A stretch of DNA of 64,000 nucleotides from an uncultured Chloroflexia bacterium. Lineage in GTDB: Bacteria; Chloroflexota; Limnocylindria; Limnocylindrales; CSP1-4. The position numbers and the translations under genes were made by a program. The stretch covers positions 352,001-416,000 of the forward strand of contig CAVRGP010000015.1 of NCBI GenBank assembly GCA_963720755.1, in the 5' to 3' direction. This document shows positions 9,038 through 18,165 of this stretch, one piece after another (position 1 is the stretch's first letter; the number at the start of each line of letters is the position of its first letter). A model generated the notes under the pieces. It saw only the letters and a program-made list of their open reading frames with translations. It made no database searches and had not been told where the DNA came from.

Positions 9038-9837
9038 CCATCCCATCGACCTCGTTCGAAGCTCCGGACCCGACGACGGCTGCCGCGCTTGCTCGCCTGT
9101 ACGATCTCGACCTTGTCGATGATCCCGGGGACCTCGACCTGTATCTCGCCCTGGCTGCGAGAGTCGATGGTCCGATCCTGGAACTGGCGGTCGGCACCGG
9201 CCGACTGGCGATCCCCCTCGCCGAGGCGGGGTTTCGGGTCACCGGCGTCGACATCGACCCGGCCATGCTCGACCGGGCCCGAGCGCGGATCCGCGGATCC
9301 GCTGCCGAGAGCCGACTGACCCTGGTCGAGTCCGACATCGTCGGATTGCGGTTGGCCGATGCGGGCCGCTATGGCCTGGCATTCATCGCGCTCAATTCGC
9401 TCTTGGTGCTGCCACACCGGGCTGCGCAACGGGCGGCCCTCGTGGCGATGGCCGACCATCTGGCGCCGGGTGGGCTGGCGGTCGTCGACGTGTGGCTGCC
9501 CGATGCCGACGATCTGGCCCAATTCGACGGCCGGGTCATCCTCGAGTGGCCCCGGGTCGACCCGGAGACGGGTGCCATGGTGACCAAGGCGGCCTCCGCC
9601 CAGCACGACGCCGCCACCGCCAGCGTCACGATGACGACGCTGTTCGAGGAGGGCCAGCAAGGCGACGCCCCGCGACGGTGGGTCCGCCGCGATCGGCTGC
9701 GGCTGGTCACCGCCGACGAGTTGCGCGGGTACGCGGAAGCCGCCGGCCTGATCATCGAGATGGTGGCCGGCGGGTACGAGATGGGTTTGCTCGGTCCGGG
9801 CAGCGACCGGGCCATCCTGATCGCGGTCAAGGGATGA
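9034..9837 (+). CDS. Class I SAM-dependent methyltransferase, non-canonical start
   Basis: Frame of ORF 9265 extends upstream through ARLYDLDL..ILELAVGTGRLA..VTGVDID (SAM motifs). Only CTG 9034 or ATC 9040 can start it. Confidence 0.85.
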   Translation: MTIPSTSFEAPDPTTAAALARLYDLDLVDDPGDLDLYLALAARVDGPILELAVGTGRLAIPLAEAGFRVTGVDIDPAMLDRARARIRGSAAESRLTLVESDIVGLRLADAGRYGLAFIALNSLLVLPHRAAQRAALVAMADHLAPGGLAVVDVWLPDADDLAQFDGRVILEWPRVDPETGAMVTKAASAQHDAATASVTMTTLFEEGQQGDAPRRWVRRDRLRLVTADELRGYAEAAGLIIEMVAGGYEMGLLGPGSDRAILIAVKG

Positions 9838-9915
9838 GGACGCGGGTCGGGCCATCGCGCGACCCGGACTTCCGGGCCGGGTGGGTGCCGTGGGCCACGT
9901 GGTATCGTCCGGCCG

Positions 9916-11067
9916 ATGGCATCGACTGACCAGACGCGGCTGCTCGTCATCGAGGACGTCCCGCAGGTCGCCCAGTACATCCGGGGTCTGCTCAATACGC
10001 AGGCCAGGGTCAAGTTGCTCGACGTCCTGACGGACGGGAGCCGGGCCGTCGCCACGATCCAGGAACTCCGCCCAGACATCGTCCTGGTGGACTCCCTGCT
10101 CCAGGGGCGGATCAAGGGACCCAAGCTCGTCGAACAGATCCATGAAGCGGCGTTGTCGGTGCCGGTGATCGTCCTGACCGTGCCCCAGAACCCGATCGAG
10201 GTCGATCCACTGAAGGGGATCCACGGCGTCATCTCCATGCCGTTCTCCGGCTTCGACCTGATGACCCGGATCGCCAGCTCGCGCAAGGAGTTCGAGGCAC
10301 TCGAAGAAGTCGCGTCGACGCGGGTCATGAGCATCTTCGCCCCGAAGGGTGGTGTCGGCAAGACGACGGTGGCCTTCAACCTGGCCGTCGCCCTTGGCCA
10401 GCTCGGGCAGCGGACGGTCCTGATCGATGGCAGCCTGCAATTCGGGGACCTGCGGTCGCTGCTCAAGGTCCCGATCGATGCACCCTCGATCCTCGACCTC
10501 CCGACGGACCGGATCGCCGAGTCGGATCTGGGCGATGTGCTCTGGCGGGATCCGTCCGGGATCGACATCCTGCTCGCCCCGCCCCGCATCGAGATGGCCG
10601 AGATGTTGACGTCGCGCGACGTCGAAAAGGTCTTGTCCCTGTTGCGGCGCGTGTACGAGTCGATCGTCATCGACATGTCGAGTTCGCTCAACGACATCAA
10701 CCTGACCTTTCTCGACGCGAGCGACGTGATCGTCGAGATCGTCACCTACGACTCGACCACGATCCACAACACGGTGGCGATCGCCGATACGTTCCGCTCG
10801 ATCGGCTACCCGGCGTCCAAGGTCCGCTACCTCGTGAACCGGGCCGACTCATCTGGCGGGATCGACGCCTCCAACCTCGAACGAGCGCTCGGCCGGGTCC
10901 CGGAGCACACGGTCATGTCCGACGGTCGGCTGGTCCTGCAGGCGAACAACGAAGGCGTGCCGTTCGTCCTCGCCAGCCCGGACGCCCAAGTCACCAAGGA
11001 TGTCCTGCGGGTGGCGGGCGAGCTATTGGACGCCGGTCGAGTGGCGGTCGCGGCCGGACGGTCCTGA
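9916..11067 (+). CDS. Atypical receiver domain + CpaE/MinD-like ATPase
   Basis: LLVIED..PDIVLVD receiver with KP replaced by MP; PKGGVGKTT deviant Walker A; LIDGSLQFGD; LLAPP; IVID; N.GVPFV. Confidence 0.88.
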   Translation: MASTDQTRLLVIEDVPQVAQYIRGLLNTQARVKLLDVLTDGSRAVATIQELRPDIVLVDSLLQGRIKGPKLVEQIHEAALSVPVIVLTVPQNPIEVDPLKGIHGVISMPFSGFDLMTRIASSRKEFEALEEVASTRVMSIFAPKGGVGKTTVAFNLAVALGQLGQRTVLIDGSLQFGDLRSLLKVPIDAPSILDLPTDRIAESDLGDVLWRDPSGIDILLAPPRIEMAEMLTSRDVEKVLSLLRRVYESIVIDMSSSLNDINLTFLDASDVIVEIVTYDSTTIHNTVAIADTFRSIGYPASKVRYLVNRADSSGGIDASNLERALGRVPEHTVMSDGRLVLQANNEGVPFVLASPDAQVTKDVLRVAGELLDAGRVAVAAGRS

Positions 11068-11074
11068 CGTTCCG

Positions 11075-11908
11075 ATGACGGATGCGCGACCGATCGGGGT
11101 CTTCGACTCCGGTGTCGGCGGCCTCACTGTCTTGCGTGAGATGGTCCGGCGCAGCCCCGCGGAATCGACGATCTATCTCGGCGACAACGGGCGCGCCCCG
11201 TACGGGACCCGTTCGGACGACGAAGTCCTCAGGTTCTCGACCGAGTCGCTCGATCGCCTCGTCGAGCACGACGTCAAGGCCATCGTGGTCGCCTGCAATA
11301 CCTCCACCGCGGTCGGGATCGAGCAGTTTCGCCAACGCTACCCGGTACCAGTCCTCGGGGTGATCGGTCCGGGTGCGACGGCTGCCGCCCTGGCGACGCG
11401 CAATGGGAAGGTCGGGCTGATCGCGACCCCGGCCACGGTCCGGTCACATGCGTACCTTCGGGCGATCCGCGTCGAGAACCCAGGAGTCGAAGTCCGCGAA
11501 CATGCGACACCGACCCTGGTCCCGCTCGTCGAGGCCGGCGAGCTGTCCGGGCCGGTGGCGACAGCCACGGTGTCCGCCGCTCTGGCGCCGCTGCTCGGCG
11601 ATGGCCATGATCCCCGGACGAGCATCGATACGTTGCTCCTCGGGTGCACCCACTACCCGCTGCTGCGATCGGTGCTCAGGGCACTGGTCGGGGACGAGGT
11701 GGCGATCGTCGACTCGGCGATGGCGACGGCCTCCGCTGTGGCCGAGATCCTCGTCGTCAACGGACTTGAGAGCGACGGTGCGACCAGGCCGAGCCATCGA
11801 CAGCTGACGACCGGCGACGCAACCTTGTTCCATGACCTTGCCGGGCGCCTGTTCGGCTCGGCGTTCCCCGAGGTCGAGCACATCGAATTGGCGGTAGCCG
11901 CACGGTGA
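11075..11908 (+). CDS. murI: Glutamate racemase
   Basis: IGVFDSGVGGLTV, APYG, VVACNT, LLGCTHYP. Confidence 0.96.
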   Translation: MTDARPIGVFDSGVGGLTVLREMVRRSPAESTIYLGDNGRAPYGTRSDDEVLRFSTESLDRLVEHDVKAIVVACNTSTAVGIEQFRQRYPVPVLGVIGPGATAAALATRNGKVGLIATPATVRSHAYLRAIRVENPGVEVREHATPTLVPLVEAGELSGPVATATVSAALAPLLGDGHDPRTSIDTLLLGCTHYPLLRSVLRALVGDEVAIVDSAMATASAVAEILVVNGLESDGATRPSHRQLTTGDATLFHDLAGRLFGSAFPEVEHIELAVAAR

Positions 11909-13119
11909 CGATGGGCTCGGGCCGTTCATCCGGGCGTCCCTCGTGGCGAGAGGACAGGGTCTGGCAGGCGGGCTTCCTGATCGGGTCCGCGCTCGGTGCC
12001 GCCGTGACGGTCGCTGGCCGGCGCGCCGAACGGTCCGCACGCCGGGGCCTCGTGGATTGGCCCGAAGTGGAGCGGATCGCCATCTCGCGATTGCGCAACG
12101 CCAGAGGCGGCCTGGGGCCGGCCGACCTTCGGGCTGCCGAGCCGGCCTACGAGGAGGCGATGACCGCGATCGTCCCGGCCCTGTCCGAGGCGCTCGGATG
12201 CACCCTGCCCGGCGTGGTGGAGCGCTCCGGTGTCGTGGACCGGGCGGATTGGGTGCGGGCCAACACCGGTGCCTTCGCATCGCTGATGGGCAAACTCGAG
12301 GCGGACCTGCTCGATCAGGTCGTGCCGCCGGGCGGCGGCCTCGCCAAGGCCACCATGGCCCTGGCCAACCGCTGGGTGTCGACCCGCCAGCTCGGCTATC
12401 TCCTCGCGTTCATGGGCACCCGCGTCCTTGGCCAGTACGACCTCGCCCTGCTGTCGACCGAGGCGGCCCCGGGCCGGCTCCTGTTCGTCGAGGAGAACAT
12501 CCGGGCGACCGCGCGAGCGCTCGCCGTGCCGATCGGCCCGTTCCGGACGTGGATCGCCTTGCATGAGACGACCCACGCCTTCGAGTTCGAGGCTCATCCC
12601 TGGCTGCGACCATATCTCGCGGAGCGCCTGGAGCGACAGCTCGAGCTGTTCGGCAAGGATGCCCGGGGCCTCGGCCGCGAGGCGATCCGTGGTCTCGGCC
12701 GTTCGCTTCGCGGCGAGGCGGACGGCGAGCATTGGATGGAGCGGCTGATGGGCCCGGAGCAGAAGGCGATCTTCCGCGAGACCCAGGCGGTGATGAGTCT
12801 CCTGGAGGGGTTCAGCGACTACATCATGGATGAGGTCGGGCGCGATCTGGTCCCCGACGTCGAACGGATCAGCGCTCGGTTCCACGAGCGACGTTCGAAG
12901 CGGACGGGATTCGAACGGGCGATCCTCCGCCTGACCGGCATGGATCTGAAGCTCGAGCAATACCGGAAGGGCGAGCTGTTCGTGCGCCGGATCGCCGAGC
13001 TTGGCGGTCCCGACGCACTGACCCGGTTGTGGTCGGGACCCGAGACTCTGCCGCGGGATCTCGAGATCGAGGCTCCCGAACGGTGGGTCGCCCGGGTACT
13101 CGACGGGTCGGCGATATGA
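11905..13119 (+). CDS. Zincin-like metalloprotease (DUF2342-type)
   Basis: VLGQYDL, LHETTH (HExxH), MSLLEG.SDYIMD, KLEQY.KGE.F, W.GPETLP; GTGA overlap with murI. Confidence 0.85.
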   Translation: MTMGSGRSSGRPSWREDRVWQAGFLIGSALGAAVTVAGRRAERSARRGLVDWPEVERIAISRLRNARGGLGPADLRAAEPAYEEAMTAIVPALSEALGCTLPGVVERSGVVDRADWVRANTGAFASLMGKLEADLLDQVVPPGGGLAKATMALANRWVSTRQLGYLLAFMGTRVLGQYDLALLSTEAAPGRLLFVEENIRATARALAVPIGPFRTWIALHETTHAFEFEAHPWLRPYLAERLERQLELFGKDARGLGREAIRGLGRSLRGEADGEHWMERLMGPEQKAIFRETQAVMSLLEGFSDYIMDEVGRDLVPDVERISARFHERRSKRTGFERAILRLTGMDLKLEQYRKGELFVRRIAELGGPDALTRLWSGPETLPRDLEIEAPERWVARVLDGSAI

Positions 13120-14186
13120 GTGGGACCACGCCGGAGACTCGGCCGGCCGGCCCCGGGTCCGGGCCAGGAGGGACGCCAAGCGCGATCGCGCTCAGTCCCA
13201 TCCTGTCGGCCCGATATCGCTCACGCGACCTCGAGCGGATCCGGGCTGCGGCCCCGGGCGCCCGGATCGTGATGATCTCTGTGGAGGGCCATGCCGACGG
13301 GCCGCTCGATGATGTCGAAGTGATGCTCCGCGGCTGGCTCAACCCGGATGCGTTCGACCGCGTCCTGTCACGGGCCCCGCGCCTTGCCTGGGTGCACTCC
13401 GCCACGTCGGGTGTCGAAGGCGCACTCACGCCGGCGGCGATGGAGCGGGGGATCGTGGTCACCAACGCCCGTGGGGTGTTCAGTCGGCCGATCGCCGAAT
13501 ACGTCCTGATGATGATCCTCGCGGTCAGTCGCCGATTGCCCCAGTTGCTCGAACTCCAGCGCGAACGCACGTGGCAGCCGCTCGAAGGTGCGGAGCTGCG
13601 CGACGTGACCGTCGGGATCGTCGGCCTGGGCTCGATCGGGCGCGCGGTGGGGGCGTTGGCGACCGCCTTCGGCTGCCGGGTGGTCGCGGTCCGTCGTCAT
13701 GCCGGCACGGAGCCGCGGCCGGCCGACGGCCAGGATGACGGCAGAGCACTCGCGGAGATCATGCTCGATCGGGTCGGTGGCCCGGACTCGTTGCCGGAAC
13801 TGCTCGCGGAGTCCGATTTCGTCGTGCTCGCCGCGCCCTTGACGCCCGAGACCGAGGAGATGATCGACGCCCGCACCCTGGCCATGTTCAAGCCCGGGGC
13901 GTGGCTCATCAACGTCGCCCGGGGCCGCCTGATCGAGGAGCGAGCGTTGCTCCGGGCACTCGAGGAAGGGACCCTCGGCGGAGCGATCCTCGATACGTTC
14001 CGCGATGAACCGCTGCCGGCGGCGTCGCCGTTCTACGACCTCGCCAACGTCATCGTCACGCCCCATACCGCATGGTCGAGTGGCCGGGTCCTGGACCGCA
14101 GCGTCGACCTGTTCTGCGACAACCTCCGCCACTTCGCGGCAGGCGAACCGATGCTCAACCTGGTCGATCCAAACGCCGGGTACTGA
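13116..14186 (+). CDS. D-2-hydroxyacid dehydrogenase
   Basis: VTNARG, GLGSIG, PLTPET, INVARG, LD.F..EPL, TPH; ATGA overlap. Confidence 0.92.
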   Translation: MSGTTPETRPAGPGSGPGGTPSAIALSPILSARYRSRDLERIRAAAPGARIVMISVEGHADGPLDDVEVMLRGWLNPDAFDRVLSRAPRLAWVHSATSGVEGALTPAAMERGIVVTNARGVFSRPIAEYVLMMILAVSRRLPQLLELQRERTWQPLEGAELRDVTVGIVGLGSIGRAVGALATAFGCRVVAVRRHAGTEPRPADGQDDGRALAEIMLDRVGGPDSLPELLAESDFVVLAAPLTPETEEMIDARTLAMFKPGAWLINVARGRLIEERALLRALEEGTLGGAILDTFRDEPLPAASPFYDLANVIVTPHTAWSSGRVLDRSVDLFCDNLRHFAAGEPMLNLVDPNAGY

Positions 14187-14205
14187 TCCCGGCGACAATC
14201 GCACG

Positions 14206-15309
14206 ATGCAGATCGCCATCGTCGGGCTTGCCGGTGCGGGCAAGACCACCGTCTTCAATACGCTCACCCGAGGCCACGCCGAGACCGGCGGCTACGGCGG
14301 GGTCACCCTCAACGTCGGGGTCGTCAAGGTCCCGGACGCGCGACTCGACGTGCTGGCCGGCATGTTCAAGCCGAAGAAGGTCATCCAGGCCGATGTCACC
14401 TACGTCGACCTGCCGGCTCCACCGCAATCGACCGAGGGGCATATCGGCACGGAGGAATTGCCGGCGGACCATCTGGCCCGGTTGCGCGACTCGGATGCCC
14501 TGCTTCACGTCGTGCGGTCGTTCGAGGACCCGAGCAATCCGCATCCGGACGGAAGCGTCGATCCGAGCCGGGACCTGGAACGGCTGGATCTCGAGTTCCT
14601 GATGGCCGACCTGGCCATGGCCGAGCGGCGGATCGAGCGCCTGAAGACGAGCGCCCGACATGGGAACCCGGCCGAGCGAGAAGCCGCCGAGCGCGAGGAC
14701 GTCGTCGTCCGCCGGATCCATGCCGGCCTCGAGGGCGGATCGCCGATCCGGGACCTCGACCTCGATCCCGACGATGAGAAGGCGATCCGTGGGTTCCAAT
14801 TCCTGACCCAGAAGCCGGTCCTCGTCCTGCTCAACGTGGGCGAGTCCGACATCGCGACCGCTCCCGATCTGGTCGCCGCGATCGGGTCAGGGTACGACCA
14901 CCGTCACGTGATGACCGACGCCCTGTCTGCGCGCATCGAGATGGAGCTGGGTGAACTCGAACCCGACGATGCGGCCGTGTTCATGGAGGAGCTTGGCATC
15001 GCCGAGTCGGGTCTCGGGCGGGTCATCGACCTGTCCTATCGGCTGCTGGGCCTGATCTCCTTCCTCACCGCTGGCCCTGATGAAGTCCGCGCCTGGCCGA
15101 TCCCGGACGGATCGACCGCGGTCGATGCCGCGGGCGTCATCCATACGGATCTGGCCAAGGGTTTCATCCGCGCCGAGACGGTCGCCTACCAGGATCTTGT
15201 CGCCCTGGGATCGATGGCGGACGCCCGGAAAGCTGGACGGCTCCGGTCGGAGGGGAAGGGCTACCGGGTGCGCGACGGAGACGTGCTGGAGATCCTGTTC
15301 TCGCGCTGA
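14206..15309 (+). CDS. ychF: YchF-like Obg-family NTPase with divergent G motifs
   Basis: VKVPD.RL, DALLHVVR.F, LTQKP, LISFLT.G..EVRAW, AGVIHTDL.KGFIRAE, EGK.Y.V.DGD. Confidence 0.88.
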   Translation: MQIAIVGLAGAGKTTVFNTLTRGHAETGGYGGVTLNVGVVKVPDARLDVLAGMFKPKKVIQADVTYVDLPAPPQSTEGHIGTEELPADHLARLRDSDALLHVVRSFEDPSNPHPDGSVDPSRDLERLDLEFLMADLAMAERRIERLKTSARHGNPAEREAAEREDVVVRRIHAGLEGGSPIRDLDLDPDDEKAIRGFQFLTQKPVLVLLNVGESDIATAPDLVAAIGSGYDHRHVMTDALSARIEMELGELEPDDAAVFMEELGIAESGLGRVIDLSYRLLGLISFLTAGPDEVRAWPIPDGSTAVDAAGVIHTDLAKGFIRAETVAYQDLVALGSMADARKAGRLRSEGKGYRVRDGDVLEILFSR

Positions 15310-15702
15310 TCAGTTCAGCCGGCCCGAGCCGGGGTCGAATTCGGCGACGACCGTGTTGAATGCCTTGCCTTCATCGAGCGCCTGCGCCGGGTCATCGTCA
15401 TCGTCCTCGAGGGCGTCGGCAAGATCGACTTCGAGTTCGGCGAGGAAGTTGTCTGCGTCGTCGGTCGACACGTGGACGGAAGCGACCAGTCGATCGTCAC
15501 TGACGAAGATGAACCCATGCTCGCGTTCGAGTTCGATCGCGATGGCCTCGACGAGGGTATCGTGGACGAACGTGTCCTGGATCCGGCGTCGGATCGACTG
15601 GACGAGTTCGAAGAACTCGTCCGCTTCCCACTCGGATTCACTGACGACGTAGGCGTCGGAGAAGACCTCGTTGTCGCCTTCATGGAGCTCGTAGAAGAAC
15701 AC
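15310..15702 (-). CDS. Hypothetical highly acidic protein
   Basis: GTG start after GAGG; protein-like composition; fills the gap between ychF and the pfkB-family gene. Confidence 0.8.
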   Translation of the reverse strand: MFFYELHEGDNEVFSDAYVVSESEWEADEFFELVQSIRRRIQDTFVHDTLVEAIAIELEREHGFIFVSDDRLVASVHVSTDDADNFLAELEVDLADALEDDDDDPAQALDEGKAFNTVVAEFDPGSGRLN

Positions 15703-15755
15703 GTCGGCCTCGCGTTTCGGTTGTTGCGAGGCGGCAGTATACGCCCGGAGGTCCC

Positions 15756-16721
15756 ATGGCCCTGCCGCTCGTCGAGGTCGTCCACATCGGCTCGGCGTGT
15801 CGTGACATCGCTCCCGACGACCCGCGAGGCTGGCGGCTCGGCGGCGGTGTCACCTACGCGTCCCTGACGACGGCACGGCTCGGGCTGCGTACTGCGGCGA
15901 TCGTCGGCGTCGACGCGACTGCCGCCACGGCGACCGAATTCGACCAGCTTCGACGGGCCGGTGTCGATCTCATGCTCGTGCCGCTGTCGGAGGGGCCGAT
16001 CTTCGAGAATCGGGAGACCGGGGTAGGTCGGGTCCAGACGTCCGTGCGGACGGGCGTGCCGCTGCCGGTACCCGCTATCCCCGAGTCCTGGCTGTCGGCA
16101 CCCGGTTGGTCGATCGTGCCGGTCGCCGGAGAGGTGAGCGACGACTGGGCGATACGTATCCCGATGGGTGCCTACGTGGCGGTCGCCTGGCAGGGGTTCC
16201 TCCGTCGTCTCGTCGCCGGTGAACGGGTCGAACGCCGGGAACCATCCGCCTCCGCCATCCTCCGACGCGCCGATCTCGTGGGTGTCAGCCATCACGACGT
16301 GCCCGTCGGGACGCCGGTCCCGTCGCTTGTCGGTCTCCTCCATCCAGGGGCGTCGCTCCTCGTCACACAGGGGAGCGACGGCGGTGTGCTCGTCCATGTC
16401 GAGGCAGACGGGTCGACCCGAACGTTGCGCTATCTGCCGACGGCGTCGTCCGGTGAGGCGGATCCGACCGGGGCAGGCGACACATTCCTGGCCGCACTCC
16501 AGGCCTCGGTCCTGCGTCCCGCCATCGTCGGACGACGCCGACCGCGACACCAGCTTGACCTTCGGTTCGCCGCGGCAGCCGGATCGCTCGTGGTCGAGGG
16601 GACTGGGCTCGACGGCGTTCCGGAACGTCCGGCCGTGCTCGTCCGACGCGCCCGGGAGCGGATCCGCCGCGCGGTCCTCCCGGCCGAGGTCAGCCAGGTG
16701 GGGGTAGACGGACCGCGCTGA
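15756..16721 (+). CDS. PfkB/ribokinase-family carbohydrate kinase
   Basis: LGGGVTYA, VT.G..G, DPTGAGDTF; GGAGG RBS. Confidence 0.9.
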   Translation: MALPLVEVVHIGSACRDIAPDDPRGWRLGGGVTYASLTTARLGLRTAAIVGVDATAATATEFDQLRRAGVDLMLVPLSEGPIFENRETGVGRVQTSVRTGVPLPVPAIPESWLSAPGWSIVPVAGEVSDDWAIRIPMGAYVAVAWQGFLRRLVAGERVERREPSASAILRRADLVGVSHHDVPVGTPVPSLVGLLHPGASLLVTQGSDGGVLVHVEADGSTRTLRYLPTASSGEADPTGAGDTFLAALQASVLRPAIVGRRRPRHQLDLRFAAAAGSLVVEGTGLDGVPERPAVLVRRARERIRRAVLPAEVSQVGVDGPR

Positions 16722-18165
16722 TCGGAACCCGGACGGCCCGTCGGACCTCGCCGCGGTGACGCTCGGCGCGGGCAGCGACAATTCGCCGGAGCCGATGGGC
16801 GCGGGCGAGGAGATCTTCCTCGAGACGCGGTTCAGGCCGGCCCAGCCGGCGCCGTCGTTCGACCCGAGCCAGGCCATCCGTCGTCGCCCGGAGTGCGCCG
16901 TCCGGGTCGCGCAGACGGTGTTCCCGGATCTTGGCAAGTTCGATCGCGGCGAGGAGCGCCGTTCGACCCGGGCCCGCGGCGAGCATCGCCCAGGCGTCAC
17001 CCGCCTCGTCCCAGCGACGCAGCCGTCGAAGGAGGTGGGCACGCTCGACCGCGATCCGCTCCATCGTCCAGGGAACGGCGAAGGCGGCTGATCTGATGGA
17101 CGGCCCGGCATCGGGTGCCGGTCGCGATGGCCCACCGAAGTCGGCGGGCACCGTGACCGACCACCAGGGTACGTCTCCGGGCGAACCGGGTCCGTCACGC
17201 AGCCCGTGCGGGATCTGGTCCGTGGTCGGACGGGGCGTCGCTGCCGAGTCGTAGCACGCGAGCGCATCGTCCAGCCGGCCCACCTGGACGTAGGCGCGGG
17301 CCAGCCCGCCCAGGTCCCCGACGGGAACTGCCTGCCGCGCTGCAGTCGTCCCGTACCCGTCGGCCAGCAGGACGAGCAATCGGGCCAACGACCGCACGTC
17401 CTGGTCGTTGTGGCGCACGACGTCCACGAGCGGCTCGGCCGGTCCGCCACGCAGGAACCCGAGGTATCGGCCTGGGATCTGCGACCCGTCGATGTCCTCA
17501 TGCCGATGGAGCCCGAGCAAGCCGGCCTCGGCGGTGCGGAGGCGTGCGTCCTCCAGCCGGTGACGGAAGAGACGGCGGACGACCGGCAACAGGTCGAGAT
17601 GACCGCCGTGCTTCGGTGGATCGCGGCGATCCATCCGGTATCGGGCGACAAGGAGCGGCCAGTCGAACCCGCGGCCGTTATAGGTCACGAGCCAGCTGTC
17701 GGCCGGGATGGACTGCTCCAGGGCGGTGAGCAACGCCGACTCGTCGGCGTGATCGGGCAACACGAGCTGGACCTGGTGGAATCGATCGTCCCGCCACCAG
17801 CCGAGGCCGATGAGGAAGGCCACCGTCCCGGCCGCGGTCGCGAGACCGGTGGTCTCCGTGTCGAGGCACACCAGCGGGACGTCCGGCGGTGGCTGACCGG
17901 GGAGGTTGGCGAGGCGATCCCGGTCGAGCCGGATGGTCCGCGCTTCGGACGTACAGCGAACGTAACGCCCGCACCTCGATCCGACGACCTCCCCATCGAG
18001 CACTCGAGCGAGCCGTCGGGCGAGTTCATCGCGCCGGATCGGGAGATGCGGGAGTTCGACCTGTCGAGCCGCATCGGTCGGTGATCGGCCGGGTCCATGG
18101 GTCGCCGTGCGGTAGCGCTCGAGACGCCGAGCGAGGCTTGCCTGGTCCGCGATGGATACGGTCAT
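16690..18165 (-). CDS. mrfB: YprB/MrfB-like DEDD exonuclease (RNase_H_2) with TPR-like C-terminus
   Basis: LDTETTGL, FLIG, LVTYNGRGFDWP, HLDLL, HNDQDV, ELAK..EH; ATGA-coupled to the upstream helicase. Confidence 0.85.
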   Translation of the reverse strand: MTVSIADQASLARRLERYRTATHGPGRSPTDAARQVELPHLPIRRDELARRLARVLDGEVVGSRCGRYVRCTSEARTIRLDRDRLANLPGQPPPDVPLVCLDTETTGLATAAGTVAFLIGLGWWRDDRFHQVQLVLPDHADESALLTALEQSIPADSWLVTYNGRGFDWPLLVARYRMDRRDPPKHGGHLDLLPVVRRLFRHRLEDARLRTAEAGLLGLHRHEDIDGSQIPGRYLGFLRGGPAEPLVDVVRHNDQDVRSLARLLVLLADGYGTTAARQAVPVGDLGGLARAYVQVGRLDDALACYDSAATPRPTTDQIPHGLRDGPGSPGDVPWWSVTVPADFGGPSRPAPDAGPSIRSAAFAVPWTMERIAVERAHLLRRLRRWDEAGDAWAMLAAGPGRTALLAAIELAKIREHRLRDPDGALRATTDGLARVERRRRLGRPEPRLEEDLLARAHRLRRIVAARAERHRGEVRRAVRVPISAVRLPPPG

